A stretch of 64,000 nt of DNA from Cercozoa sp. M6MM (GCA_040357565.1 JBDODJ010000034.1); one strand, 5' to 3'. Counted from the stretch's first letter, positions 28,520-42,350 are shown. Made by a program: numbers and translations. The notes: generated from the sequence alone by a model not told the origin.

Positions 28520-28744
28520 TATTGCACTAAAACTTTGAATACGGCGGCAGTTTTTAATCCGCTCGCGTATACAGGAGTCTCTGAATCGCACTCGTTAAGA
28601 AACGAGGACAAACCTGCTACAAACGGTCCGTACAAACAGAAAATTCTGTTGACTTTATTTTTGCGTTTGTGTGCTGCCCGGCAGGCACTCCCGAGTGTCG
28701 CTTTGGCCAAAATTTGGTGCGCACACTGCATTACTTACACCATA

Positions 28745-29698
28745 ATGTCGGAATTCATTGAGGTGATCAATTAAAACGGTGGATGGCTCGCTTCTTTTGT
28801 CTCACATGTGTTTGATCCAGGCGTCAACAGGCGAAACTGTGGAAGTGCTGAGTGGCATTCACGGACGCGGACCCGTTGTTAAGGGTTTCCAGGTATAACT
28901 GCACACGACACGCATACAAGCAGCGCGAATTTCCTGCATGAGCAGAGAGGGCGGGAGATTGGCGTCCGCACGGCGAACCTGGACCCTGCTGCCAACTCAA
29001 GTACCAAAAGCTTAAATATACTTCTGCAGGATGGTGCAAATATTTCTTGATGTGTTGGCAGATGCGTTGAGTACCGCGAGGAACGGAGTGTACTGCGGAT
29101 GGGCTAGTGTCGATGGTACACACCCAAACAGTTTACCATCACTTGCGTGCGGGGGCCTGTCGATGTACAACCTTGGTGTGTAGGTGGCGAAGCACATATG
29201 GCCCTTGTTTCCATTGGGTACAACATCTGATTTTCTGTCGATTCGTATGTAATAAAACGTTGTTAAATGCACATAGCTACAATCCCTTCTTCAAGAACGA
29301 GAGTAAAACCGTGGAAGCGCACCTCTTGCACGAGTTCCCCGAGGTACACACACACACAGTATGCTTGTGTCATGAGCATGTGTTTTGAAGGATTTTTACG
29401 GCGCTGAACTGCGTCTCGTGCTGTGTGGCTACCTGCGAGAACAGTCGGATTTCACATCGTTGGGTACTTGAACTTGTGCTTGCTGCTCTTGTTGTTGGAC
29501 TCACGACTGAGTTTTCGCTTTGGTTTGCAGATGCGCTCATGGACCAGATTCGACGCGACATTGACGTAAGCTGATTGAGACACATTCCTTGCGTTTTTGT
29601 GCACTTGAAGCTTACCTTCGTGTGTGATTTAGGTGGGTCGTGAGGTGCTCCAGCGAGAAGCGATGCTGTCACAGCAAGCCCTCCTGTCTACGCTGTAG
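28745..29698 (+). CDS. RFK: Riboflavin kinase
   Basis: GPVVKGFQ|RGREIGVRTANL; GVYCGWA; VSIG|YNPFFKNESKTVEAHLLHEFPE|DFYGAELRLVLCGYLRE..FTSL|DALMDQIRRDID. Confidence 0.95.
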
Positions 29699-30031
29699 TT
29701 CTTCCAAGTTCCACTCTCACCCGGCCGATCTTCGAAATTCATTCTAGCTGATCCCCACAGAAAAATAAACACCGTGACGTGACGGCAACCAACTCGTCGA
29801 GCGACCGGACTACTTGTACTAAATTTCGTTTTTGTCCGTCGCGAATGGTCAGGCGTCATGTATTTTTAATTATTCAAGTTTGCGTTGCTACACTGGCACA
29901 AGTAGCAGCACAATTGATACATGACAGTTACCGTCCTGGCCTGGGCATCATAGCGTTTCTAATTAGCAGTGAGTCAAGTCACCCGTCATTCAATCCGTCA
30001 ACTTCCGTTCAGTCAGCGAGCCAGCGCAGGC

Positions 30032-30126
30032 TCAGAAGCGATTGAGAGAGCGGCCATGTCGATCGACTTGCACGGAGATATCGCCAGGCCCGCGTTGTCT
30101 GTGCAAAGAGGGTGCACAGACACTTG

Positions 30127-30215
<89 letters not shown>

Positions 30216-31376
30216 ACACACCAGGGAGAGGCACCTGGCCTCCTCGTCTACGTCGTGGTGCCGCAGCGTGCGTCGTTCGGCACGCGCGAATGATCGACCT
30301 TGGGTGCTGTACAAGGGTAGTACAGTACCAACACAGGGACATTGTATAGATACAACACACGTTGGCTGATCGGTGCTGTACTGACCGGGTGCCGGCCCAT
30401 CACTTAGCTGCCAAACACACATGCACGCGTCTAGACAAAAAAGGGACACAGTGTGGCACCCTGAGTTCTTGTCGGCACTCACGAGCGCCAACGCCGAAAC
30501 TGGGACCCTTTCGCGCACTGAGAACAGCCACATACACACACCCCACCCTGCATGGTACAGGTAGAGGTACCTGTCACTACCATCGGCGTCTTGATGGTAC
30601 GAACCAGGACCCGGGGTGTCATTGTAAACCTACAGGGGCAGTGGGGTAAGAGGAAGTATATCTAGAAATGTGCGCATGTGTGAGGGCGTACGCCTGCCTG
30701 TCGGAAGATATCACGCAGAGGGTCGTGAGCGGCACGAGCGAAGGTGCCACCCTGCGAGTGCTGCGACGGCTCTTGTTCCGTGTAGTAATCCCTAGTCTAC
30801 CGAACAGATATACAATAAACAGTCTCTGCGCACAAAGAACGATCAACTGTACATCTGAGCCGATAGCGACAGGACGAAGCACCTCACGTGCTGATGTGCT
30901 GCCCAAAGACCAAGTGAGTGACTTACAACCAGACAGACAGGTACAGAACCAACGCACAACCACCGTACCTCGCTGAAAACCGCGTGCCCTTATGCATCTC
31001 GGCATCGTCGTCGCCGTGGTTGTGGCTCAGGTGGTAGCCTGGACCGAGGTTCGGCTCGTTTAGTCTGTTTTAAGGCAGTGCATAGTGCCTACAGATAAAT
31101 TAGCAAGCTGACCAATGGTATACCTGGCATCGGGCACAGGGCCGGCGCGCTCGGCATAACGACGACTCCAAGCAACACCGCGAAGCTCGCTCTCGTCAAT
31201 GGGCGCATAGACACCCGGTCCAAGGTGGTCTTGCTGCAGCTCTCGGTTCTGAAACACGGCATGCATTCAACTGGAATGAACCGGAAAGAACACAAACTCA
31301 GGCACCACATGTCGGACAGACGACGTATTTGACCACGCTGCTCCGCGATGCACTTGTTCGTCAGCTTGCGAGCCAT
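30032..31376 (-). CDS. SHIPPO-repeat (ODF3/STPG-like) axonemal protein
   Basis: Repeated PGPGxY-type units: LGPGVY, LGPGYH, TPGPGSY, PAPGQY, RGPGD. Confidence 0.75.
30129..30213. repeat. (AC)n intronic microsatellite
   Basis: Seen directly. Confidence 0.95.
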
Positions 31377-31958
31377 GATACCTCCCTACACACCACACCC
31401 ACCTCCTCTACCCGCCAGATTCAGCCCTAAAACAGCGTGTACCCGGAGCAGGCACCCACTGCTTGCGTTGTGCTGCCTGATCAAACGCGGATCGGCGACG
31501 TGGCGCCAAGAACGACGGGTGTGGCTTGTTCTCCTTGTCCATTGTGGCTTTTCAAATCAAGTAGGGCTCAAAGCCAGAAAATCGGCAAGCACACAAGGCA
31601 ACTGGGTACCAACGTGACTGCGTTGAAAACACGCACGTGCACACGCTCTAGTTCTGATAAGGGCTTTCTGGCAATCACAAACGGCCGTGCATTCATTGTG
31701 TCATCTTCTTTGAAGTTCTGATAAGAAGTGCCAGGGATCAGCTTTCGTAATGCATCGTCCCACAACATACACATTGCATAGCAGGGTTTGGTTTGATTTT
31801 GCGACACCTAAAACTAATCGCATACGGCACTTTTCTTAATGTTGGTGAATTCGGTGGTTGAACAAAAATGAAGTTGCTGTTTTTCGCTGTTGTCGTCGTG
31901 TAGAGCTACCCACGCCGTCTTTGATTAAACAAAGATTGTGTCGGCACACTCGCACACT

Positions 31959-34900
31959 ATGACACAAACAGAAAAGGCGCGCCTCGTGCGCCGCTTGCGT
32001 GATCAGCTGCGTCGCACCGCCGAGCAGGTGCCTTTTCTTTGACGGGATGCATTCTTTGACGCGAAACGCATGTTTGCACAGGAAAAGGAAGTCTCGCAGC
32101 GCGTATCACTGCTGGCCGAGGAGCGCGCTGTGTTATGCGAAAAGGCGCAGCAACTCCAGCTGCAGTGTGTACCTTTTCCATTCTGTAAGCATTCCAAGTG
32201 CACATATACACGTGTGTCATATAGGAGACTGGTGCACTGGCGAAGCTCATCGAATCCGGGGACTCGGCGCGTGTACTGCTGTCTGAGGTAGACACTAAAG
32301 CATCCGGTCATTTCGCATCACCTAAATTACGGCCGTGAATGTCCGCAGGTCAGGCTGCTGGCACGTGCCCGAGAGCGTGTCAAGTTGGCGTTACAGCGTC
32401 TCGATGTGGTAGCACTATTCTGGCTTGATGCATGCTTATTGTCATGGATTAGGTGTGTAGCTACTGGAGGCACAACTTTGTGTCGACAGTATTTCCGACA
32501 TGTTGTATGACAGCGAGGGCGAGGCTACCAAGCAACCCTCGGTTCAGGCACTCACCATGTGCACAAAACGCTGCTTCTCGCTGCTTCGGTACATTGCCTT
32601 CGTTCCTTACCTGTGCTTTCCGTATGCGCGAGTGCTCTTACAGTCAAGGTGGCGTGCCGCACCTCCAGATGCTCTTGAGTGACGCAAACAATCAAGATGA
32701 CAACGCTATCGTGCGGCGTCTTGAACAGTACGTTGCTCGAGTCGGTTTAAGTTGTCCCTGTATATCTTTTTCTCTTCCTATGCGTACTCAGGATGGAAGC
32801 ACGTGTGACCACCAAGATTGTCGAATTCCTCAAGCTTAAAGTCAACGACCCGTGCGTTCTGCTGTGTGTCCTGTGTGTGTATGACTTGTCGTTACCATAC
32901 AGGAAAGAGACACAGTCGGTCTTGATTCTGGCGGCCTTGTTGCCGCTTCTGGGACTGCGTGATTTCGGTACCTCTGTCTATGTGCTCACGCAAACGTGTC
33001 CACCGGAATAACACTCACGTGCGCAGGTGCGCAAGTGACGGCACTGAACCTGCGACGCCGTGCAGCCGATGCATGTGCCCGAGTGGTCGCCAAGTACACC
33101 GAGGCGGCCGACAATGATGAGTACCACGTGTCACACTGTCTCTAATGTGACTGACTGACTGAGTGTGCGAACCGCTGTTCGTGTGTAGTGGCAGCTCCGA
33201 GTGCGCTTGCATCGCCTCCATATTTGATCGGTACTTTTTTTGTGTATTGGCGAGAAACGTACCAAGGAGCAGTAGGTATGTGTGTATGGATGTAGTTGCG
33301 TGGCTCTGTGCGAGCAAACTTCCTCTCATTTTCGCGGAAAGTTCGGCGCTGGTTCCTTGCGTTTCCTGCTGCAGCAGTCACAGGCGTACCTTCTCCCTGG
33401 ATGTCTGCTCCCTTCTGAAGTTGCTGTCCACTCAGACTGGCCTACGAGGTGGTCACGCCACTCCTGCGTCGTTTCTGTCAACTTGTCGATTTGGACACGT
33501 TGGGTGTGTGTCTTTGTATCTGTCGCTTTTCTCGGTATCACACCGCTCGGTATCCCTTGCTCGCAGTGAGCCAGACCGACGCCAAGGTGGAAGACGGCAC
33601 TCTTGAGCAGCTGGCGGAGGTCTCGCGCGAGATCTCTCGCTTTGAAGCCTACCTGCGGCACGGCAGAGACCAGTGCGCTTGCCTCTTGATTCTCCCTGAC
33701 ACCAGCCCTTTACTCCCGCACACACACACACACTTACACACACACTCATACACTTACACACACACACATACACACACACACAGGGCCATGAAAGAAGAGG
33801 AAGCGACGAAACTGGCGGCGCTTGCGCACATCCAGGGTAGAGCCTGTTTGTTCTTTCGTTCCCCCTGGTGTTATATACTTCGACACAGAAGGCAAGGAGG
33901 CCGACGCGAGTGCTCTGTTTCTGCTGTGGCAGCAGCTTCTATCGGAATGTCCAAACGACGGTTTCTTCGACGGTGTGAGTCGATCGCTGCGTGCGCCGGT
34001 TCTAGGAGCTGAGGCTACGGTGTTGCGCAGTCGGCTGCACCGTCAGTTGACACTGAGCGATCAGAGCGCACGTGACCACAAAACTGATGAGTGCGAACGC
34101 GAGTTGCACGACTTGCTGCACCGTCTGCAGTCAACACAAGTCACGTTGGAGAAACGCTTCCTCGAGTCGCGTGTTGCCATGGTACCGCTGACCTGTCCTC
34201 TCATCTTAGTCAGTTTTCACTTGCTCACTATGCACTGTCATACAGGCGATCACTATGGACGAGCGCGCTCGTGGCAGACTCACGAGGTAGCTAGTCTACT
34301 CTGGTCTTCCCGTTCTCTCCATATCCCCCTGTAGTACTGCCGTGGACGACGTGTTCTTCGTGGTCAAACAGAGTTGTCTGCGTGCCATCAGCACACGCGA
34401 TGCGCCCACCGCCTGTGCTGCACTCAATCTGGTAGCCTTCTTACTGCCCCCTTCCTCCTTTAATCGTACATTTTGTGTGAACTCTGTTCAGGCCATAGCA
34501 GCATTGGACACTGACCTGCTGTCGTGGATCTCCGCGCGGCTGCAGACGGCACTCGCGTCGTCGGACTCGAGTTACACGCAACTGTTCGTGTCACTTAATA
34601 ATGCTGGTACCAGTGTATGTAGGTGCACCGCAAAGAGTGCAGTTCGGAGGTGTTGCCGTGCTGGTGTGCAGGAGTGGCAGCTGACCATGTGGGCACTCTC
34701 AAGACGGCGCTCGAGCAGGAGGTGACGACTGTATTCGCCAGCGAGAAGGGTGACAAGGAGACCAGTATGCTCACGCATGTGCTCGACGAGATGGCCCTGC
34801 TAGCACCTCGCTTTCACCAGGTACCTGCCTGCCTTACCTTAACCCACCTACCTTACCTACCTAACTTACCTACCTACCTTACCTACCTAACTTACCTACC

Positions 34901-35963
34901 TAACTTACCTACCTAACTTACCCATCGTACCTACCTACCTCCTTGGTAACCCTTCTTTACTTTGCTGCCACATTGCACACGAGCAGGAACGTTCGCTGTC
35001 GTTGCGCACGTTCGTGAACAAAACCTTGCGTCCCAGAATCGCTGCTCTCAACGCTGACTTTGGGGTACTCTTGGGTCGCTCTCTTTGCCCCTTTTCTCCC
35101 TTTAGCCTCCCTCTTTTCAATATTTCCCTGCTGTCAGTGCGACCTGTCGCGTGTCGATGAGGCGCAGTTTGTGCGACTGTGCCAGGCTGGCGATGCCGAC
35201 TTTTCGCAGGAGGGTGCCTTACCCTTACTCTCCTCCCCTTTACCCTTCTACCCCATGTTATAACCATCAGTGGGGGCTTCCTGGCAAGAACAAGCGCACG
35301 CTGCTCTCGCCGGCGAGCTGGCCGTCTCTTTTGCCGCACGTGTCAGGCACGCCCTTCAGCCGGTACCTCTGGCTCTAACGAGTTTACGAGTTTGCACCCT
35401 TCAGAATATGTAAAGACACTTTTATTGTGCAGACCATGGTGTCACTGCGTCGGGCACTGACGGCGTGCAACCTGGAAGACGCTGTGCTGCACGTGGCACG
35501 TGTCGTTACCGACGGCGTCGAGTCGCGTCTTTTTGGTGGCCACTGGCGTTTCTCCCAGTGGGGTGCTATGGTACAACCGTCTGTTCCCGCATGTCTATCG
35601 TACGTGTCTGTGTTTCTGGTGTCCAGTTGCTCGAACAACAGTTGCGCCTTTGTCGCTCCTTCTTCGCGTCCTTTGCTGCCACGGCGGCACGCGATGCCTT
35701 CGATCGCCTACTTCGCTGCGCCGCGGTGTTGCAGGTACCCCGGGCTTGACGTGTCTTCAAACTTTCTTTGGCGGGTCTGGGGGTGGGTTGGGTTACTCCT
35801 CAGCACGCAGTGCGAGCGACCTGAGGACGCGCGCGAGTTGCTACAGATGGAGCAGCGGCTGCACAAGGGTCAGCGCCGACTGCTGAGCAGCGAGGCTGCC
35901 ACGCTGCTCGCCATGCGCGTTGACGTGCAGCGCGACGACATCCTTCGTGTTTTGAGCGATTAA
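31959..35963 (+). CDS. COG4: Conserved oligomeric Golgi complex subunit 4
   Basis: N-terminal coiled coil; AVDDVFFVVKQSCLRAIST; C-terminal FSQWGAMLLEQQLR..ARDAFDRL..AAVLQCE..RLLSSEAATLLAMRVD. Confidence 0.85.
34828..34940. repeat. Intronic minisatellite of ACCT / ACCTACCTAACTT units
   Basis: Seen directly in a COG4 intron. Confidence 0.9.
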
Positions 35964-36283
35964 CTTCTATGGGCAATCCGTTGTTTGACTCTGTTACATA
36001 TCAATAATTGTCCGGTAACTGCAGTACACAGCACTCAACGCGGTAGTTTTTCTTTTTTTTTAACGTTTTGGTGACCAAGCCAGTCCAAACGGACCGAAGC
36101 TCCTGGGCCAAGGCGTGAACTGTCGGTTCTATCAACGCGTGTTTCACCAGTGCCTGTGGCACTAAGAACTGAATATCACGCCAACGACGCACAAAGAGTG
36201 CTGTATTTCGCGTTTTTACTTGCCTCACTTGATCCGCGTCGCTTGTCACTGCTTGCAAGTTGACACTATCGTCATCGCCTCCA

Positions 36284-38544
36284 ATGCTCAAGCAGTCGCC
36301 AGTGCTGGCGCCGTTGCCGGCAAGTGTGGTTTGTCTGCCTTACGTGCTTATGTCTGCCACAAGTGCATATGTGTCGTAGCTGTCGAACATGGACATTGAG
36401 GAGCTTGCCTACGATAGCGCGGGTTCACTGTTGCGACACGCTGCGACAGAGGGTTCTTTGCCGGAATCGGTCCGTGCAGGTATTGTAAAAAACCCCCGAT
36501 CCTCAAAGAGTGCTACCCCGTGTGTGGCCCAGTGCTCCGCTTGCAAAAGCGTCGCATCGCGTACCGAGCGCTCTTTTTGTTTTTAAAGAATGGTGCGGCT
36601 GCCTATTCGTTCAAGGCTGCTCTGAGCATTCTGGTACCCTTCAACCGTCATGTTCTTGTTGCTTTTGATGTTCACTTGATACCCCTTATTGTTCAGGGCA
36701 CACTGTTGGCACGGCCGAAGCGGCTGTTGCGACGACCGCGTGCCGTGCTGCGGGCAGCTTTCGGCGTCGACTCGCTGCGATTTGGCGCTTCTGTAGCCTC
36801 CCTTGTGTCTTTTAACCCCTCCCGTTTACGCCTTGGTGATGCATAGGTGGGTGGTGCCACGGGTGTCTACAACCTACTGCTGCGCTTCCTGCGTCGGTTC
36901 CGTCAGAAGGACGACTATTTCAACACTGCAGTCGCCGGTTTTGTGTCAGGTCTGATGCTGCGCTTTGATACCCCTGTACGTTTCGTCCCCTGCCATCTTT
37001 TCTCACCGTCATTCCAGACTTTGGTCTGTAGGGAAGGAGACGCACAGTCGCGACGTACTTTTTCTGTCGTGCTATTGACTTTCTGTGCAGTGCGTTGGCC
37101 AAGCGAGAGGTACTATTGTCCTTGTCACCTGCTTGCTGCCGTTGTTATTCCCACGACACTTCTGTGTTATGCAGATGCACTTGCTGCCGGAAGCGATGCG
37201 TCCGCATGTTGTCACTGCTCTTTTCCAGATTGGTACACACCCTCCCTCTGCTGCCTTATCCCTGTCACACCTGTGTCTGTAGCCAGTGCAGTCATCATGT
37301 ACGCGTGGCACGTGTACCCGGATGCGCTGCCCAAGTCTTACCACAGGTAGTCCACATGCCTTGGGGTATTTATTCATTCTGACTCCTTGGGCAGGTGGAT
37401 CAGTCACAAGGGACACATCGATCACCGAACTCGTCAGGCGATCGAAGACATCTGTCAACGTGGCGGTCCCACCAAGTACTTTGTCTCCTTTCTTCCTTCG
37501 TCCTTCTCCACCTCCTTACTTCCTTGTCTTCAGGCACGTGGATCTTACAAGCTGGTGCCAGGAGTGGAACATGCCGCGTGACTTCTCCAAGGTCGAGTAT
37601 CCGCGTCGACTGCCATGTCAGGTAGAAACACAATATACCTAGGTGGCCACGGGAGGGGGCAACCGCTGAATATACCTAGGTGATGCACCCGTGGTCGCCG
37701 CACAGCTGCACCAAAGGCGCCGCCATGCAGTGGTTCTACGGCATCGGTCGGGCACTGCCCGTCTACTGTACCCTCTTACCCCTTACTCTGACCCCTTGAC
37801 CCCTTGGAGCTGTGCTTTTTCTGGCAGTGCCGGTGCACTTGCTTCCGCTGCTTTTGTTCCGCTTCGGCAAGCTGCGCAGTGTATTACTGTCTTATGCTTG
37901 TGTTCATGTATTGTCATCTGTACTGTCCATGCGTACTGTACGTTTGACGTAGGCGCCGATTGAAACGCTGCGCCGTGTCACGTTTGCTCTTGTGCGCAGT
38001 TCCGTCTTTCTTACCTCGTTCCAAGGTACCCATTTGTCCCTTCCCTTCCGTTATTCCCTTACCTAACCTGTAATAATTTCTCCTAGGATTCTTCTGGTTC
38101 GCGTGGTGTCACTCGCGTAATCTGCTTGGTTTCGACCACCGCTACACGGTAACATTATGGCCTCTTTCTTTTTCTTCCGCTGACTTGAGTTGCATGGCCT
38201 CATGTCTGCTGTATTTGTGCAGACGGCATTCGCCGGTCTCTGGGCCGGTCTGTCGATCCTCATCGAGAAGCAGTCGCGTCGACGCGAGCTGCTGCTGTTC
38301 TGCATGCCTCGCGTGCTGGAGGCGGCGTTTTCCATCGCACGCAAGAAGGGAATGCCGCGCGTGCCAGGCGGCGACGTTCTCCTGTTTGGTCTCGCAATGG
38401 CCATCACAAGTACTGCCTCTCTGTGTCACTTTGTACCCTGCTCATGTGAACATATGTGCTGCAGTGCCGATCTTTGAACACGACAAAAATGCCGACGTCA
38501 TGGGCGACCGCTACCGCAAGATCTTGAGCATGCTTGTTCGGTAA
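36284..38544 (+). CDS. TMEM135: TMEM135 / PMP52-family peroxisomal membrane protein
   Basis: DSLRFGAS..GVYNLL; NTAVAGFVSG; IMYAWHVYPDALPKSY; PCQVMHPW..C; RALPVYLPVH; LVRSSVFL; SILIEKQSRRRELLLFCMPR. Confidence 0.9.
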
Positions 38545-38617
38545 ACGGAAAGCGATTGAATTTCTTCTCAACACAGTTAAATAGTTGCCTTAGTTGGGTC
38601 TTACATTATAAGAAATC

Positions 38618-38991
38618 AACTGCGTAGTTCCCCTTATTTTGATCTGTATTGATTGTGATGGGACGATGGTAACGTTCCAGGTACCCACGCGGGATCCGGC
38701 CTTAATCGAATGGCCCGTGCTTTTTGCACATGGTCCTCCTACCGTGTCCAGTGCACTAAGTTTTCGTACCGTGTCTAGTGCACTAGGTCCTCGTAGCATC
38801 TCAGTATGCCAGCCAGCCACCTGTCCCAACCTTGAACAAGATGTCCCGTTCTGGGAAACTTCAAAAGGGGAGTTGCATGGCCCACCCTCAGCGGGTGGTG
38901 GACTACGGCCATGCACTTGTGACCCGCCCCAAGACTGGTGCAAATAGCTGGTTTCTTAGTAAACTGAACTAACTAACTACGTAGTTCCCCT
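38618..38991 (-). mobile_element. About 340-bp insertion flanked by a 17-bp near-perfect direct repeat; 5' fragment of a LINE-like element
   Basis: aactgcgtagttcccct (38618-38634) versus aactacgtagttcccct (38975-38991); the minus frame reads RVGTWNV, the typical start of a LINE apurinic endonuclease. Confidence 0.65.
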
Positions 38992-39120
38992 GCATCTGTC
39001 TGGGGGTGGGTTACAAGAGCAAGGTCGTGTCGGTCGCCGCCCGCTTAGGGTAGCCACACAAGCCCCCCTTTGACGTTCCCCAAACGACGACGTCGGGGCG
39101 GGCGCCGAGCGGCGCGCTAC
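38981..39120 (+). mobile_element. Second, diverged, inverted copy of the same element 5' end
   Basis: 38991-39093 aligns by eye at roughly 70% with the reverse complement of 38840-38942. Confidence 0.65.
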
Positions 39121-39319
39121 TGTTAGTTAAATGAATCAACGCACCGCACGCACTGAGTCAGCTCGAATCAACCCTCAATCTCGTATAGCCAGTGTACGGC
39201 AACACCGTTGCATTGCATGCAGTTGAGAGCGGCTAAAAATGTAGCACGCTCCTTCACTCCGCACTTTAACTCGAGAGTAAGCCGGACTGGGAGGCAGTGC
39301 AGCGAGTCACAGCGGTGTA

Positions 39320-40717
39320 TTTCAATAATGATGCGTGGTTTTCCAGTCGTCATAGTACGAGCTGACAACCGGGACCCCTGTGCAAAAAGACCATGTGAAA
39401 AACTCAAACAACTCAACCTGACTGATATGTACTTCACAGGAAAGATACAAGCAATGTCGATGCCGTCAAGGAGATGGCCCGCGATCGCCGTCCAGTAGAA
39501 GAGTGTAACAGGCACGACGAGTTTTCGCATGTGGTGCAGGCCTTGCTCCATTTCCTCGTGCACACCGTCATCGTAGCACTGTTTGCCATTCAAAATTCGC
39601 AAGTCAATACGGTAGTTACTAAGAATTCGCAAGGCAACACGAAATACTTGTGTCGTACCTGCGGGAGTGCATCGTCATCGACCAGAGTGAATACATGCAG
39701 CGACCAGTGCTGCGCACTCAGAGCAGCACAAGCCAGGCACGCAGTCAAAGCCGCCAGCAACACCTGTACGAAGGTTTGCTTTCAGTCGTCCGCCAGCAAC
39801 CCAGGGAACAAACGCAAAATAAAGGTGCATTTACGTGCAGGTTGTTCTTTGCCCAGATGAGTTGGCGTGTGCCGAACCACAGTCGGAGCACAAACACACT
39901 GTGCAGCCCGAACACAAAGTGTAATCAGTATGCCCGACTGAAAGCAAAAAGCTTAACTGACACAAACACGCAAACTTGCAAAGCGGCCAGCACAACAAAG
40001 CCGATCATGAGACTTTGGAGACGCCAGAACCTGCCAGTGTGCACAATATTAGACCTGAGGTTTTCTGTAATGGAAACAGGTCGTTGAAGGTACTCATGCT
40101 GCACGGGACCGCCGGTCATCGAGGGCAAACAGCAGTTAGTATAGTCCTGTGCATTGACGTCGCTGCACTGTTCGGTGACTCCACTGCATATAGACACGTT
40201 GAAAGACAGTGAGAGACAACAAAAGAGAGGGCACAAATCGTTTAATCCGGTCGAGATCCACGGACATGTGTGGTCGCCAGTGTCGATACTGCATGCACAT
40301 CGTATGCACAAATACAGAAAAGGAACCTGTATCAATTGTGTACCAACACAGCGGTTGTTGTGATGCAGGTGATGGACACAAAGTGTCCTCTTTCGCCACT
40401 AGGCACAATAGAACATGTCGGGACAGGTGGAAAAAGGCAGGAAGAACAAGCAACTTGTACCTTTGGCGAAGTGTGCCGTGGCTGCCAGTGCCGATGCAGC
40501 GATTAAGCCGGCACAGGTCAATTGAAGCACCTCGCGTGCACCGCACAGCCAAAGCAAGAAGTGTCTCTGTGTACAGTCAACATATTTGACTCTGACTCTT
40601 TCCCAGCCTACCTTTCCTGGCAGTGAAGACTCACCTTGGCACCAGGCAGTTTGCGAAGTTTCCCGTCATCACATTCCGACTCGCCGCGTCTCTTTAGTTT
40701 GTTCAACAAGTCACACA

Positions 40718-40749
<32 letters not shown>

Positions 40750-41090
40750 GTACACACAGTATGTGTTTGATACAGAGAGACAAGTACCTTGTTGCCAAAG
40801 CAGATGAGAGCAACGAGCAGCGACACAAAGGCTATGCCGGCACACATGGCCACCCAGACGTACCTAGGCAAGCACATCAATAGGAGTAGGGGTAGTAGCA
40901 CAGGACAACAAGACCAGACAAGTGGTACCACTCGAGGCCCTTGTATTTGAGAGACGCATCCAAAAGCGGCCGCTGCAGTGCGAGCGTTGCTACTGGTGCA
41001 CCTTGTGGCTTGCGATGGAAGCCGCTGCCAAAGTCGCCATTAACCTGTGTACGTATACACATTTAGTGTACACACACACACGCACACACA

Positions 41091-41128
<38 letters not shown>

Positions 41129-42350
41129 AGAAGCACAGTACCGAGAAGTAGACACCTGCCGAGACATCATCGGCATCACCAAAGAGCGTTTGCTGCTCGG
41201 TCTCTGTCAGCACAATGGCGCAACGCCAGTTGTTCTTGTGCACAAAGCCGACCGAGTAGACCGTGTGGCCTATGCAACAACACACACACACACACCCTTA
41301 TCTTCCCAACTGAGGCTAGCGACCCTGTGTGTGTGGAACCATTCTCTGTAACGAAAGCGCAAGAAGCACGCGGCATCAATGTCGATGTCGTCAATGTCTA
41401 TTGTTAATTGTTTAGACATACACGCAAAGACAGAGACAACGTTCAGAGACAGCACCTCAATACGCAGGGCCTCGTTGACACGCGCGATCTCGTCGTTAAA
41501 ATTCTCGTTTTTCAAAGTGAGCAGTCTCATCGCCGGCGACACTTCCTGCACTGCGAACCGCGCTGCCTCAAACAGAGGCACGTCACGGACTACGCCTACG
41601 TCCTGCCACGGGTCGGATTCAGACACACGCCACTGCCATGTGCCTGCGACCTGCGTTGCGCCGACGATCCAGTCGCTCGACAGAGTGCAGTACTTGTTCT
41701 GTACGGCACAGAGGCCAAATCTAGAGGCTATATCAAGCAAAGATACCAACACAAATGTGTGCATACATGGTAGTCCTCATCGTCGACGCTGATTGAAGGC
41801 GCGACGAATGTTCCGTTGCTGCCACCTTCGTATTCCACTTCGAAGCGGCACTGCACCTGTTCCGACGAAGGTGGTGAGTTGCCACCAAAGGTGACACCGA
41901 TGGGAACCAGATGGTTCTGTCGCACTGTGACCCACGAGTCGTTGTAGAAGTCAGTCTGTGTGTGTGTGTGTATAGTGCACTTCATCTCGTTCACCTCTTG
42001 CTCTTACCCCCCCCCCCCCCCCCGGCCCAGAACCAAGGTACGATCGTGAAAACGGTGTCATTGGCATCGCTTGCTCGACGCCAAGCCGCCACTTCCGGCG
42101 ACGAAAAGTCCTGCCACGCATAGACCTCACACGCATCCACACCTAGTGGCAAAACCTTGTCTTACCAGAGAAGAGGAGGATAACGTTTCAATGTAGCGGT
42201 CAGAAGGCGCCACCTGTGCGAGTCAAAACACTTCGTAAAACACCCTCATCCGGCGAGAACTAAGGACAATGGAACGGCGAGACCGAAGGCGACCTGCCCG
42301 TACTGCGCCAGCACCGTGCGCGACAACAGTAAGGCAAGGCACGCGCGCAT
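39320..42350 (-). CDS. Orphan membrane protein: signal peptide, large luminal domain, several C-terminal TM helices
   Basis: MRACLALLLSRTVLAQ; N-glycosylation sequons (NDT, NDS, NGT); TMs YVWVAMCAGIAFVSLLVALICF, LTCAGLIAASALAATA, LMIGFVVLAALQ, LVVPVTLFYWTAIAG; 3' end approximate. Confidence 0.6.

Noticed and set aside
28745-29742. Apparent minus-strand N-terminal extension of PTEN
   Set aside because: The region is fully explained by riboflavin kinase on the plus strand
40200-40300. DHTCPW as a DHHC palmitoyltransferase motif
   Set aside because: The preceding CxxC...HC..C pattern and the following NCVG..N are absent, and the protein has a signal peptide and ectodomain
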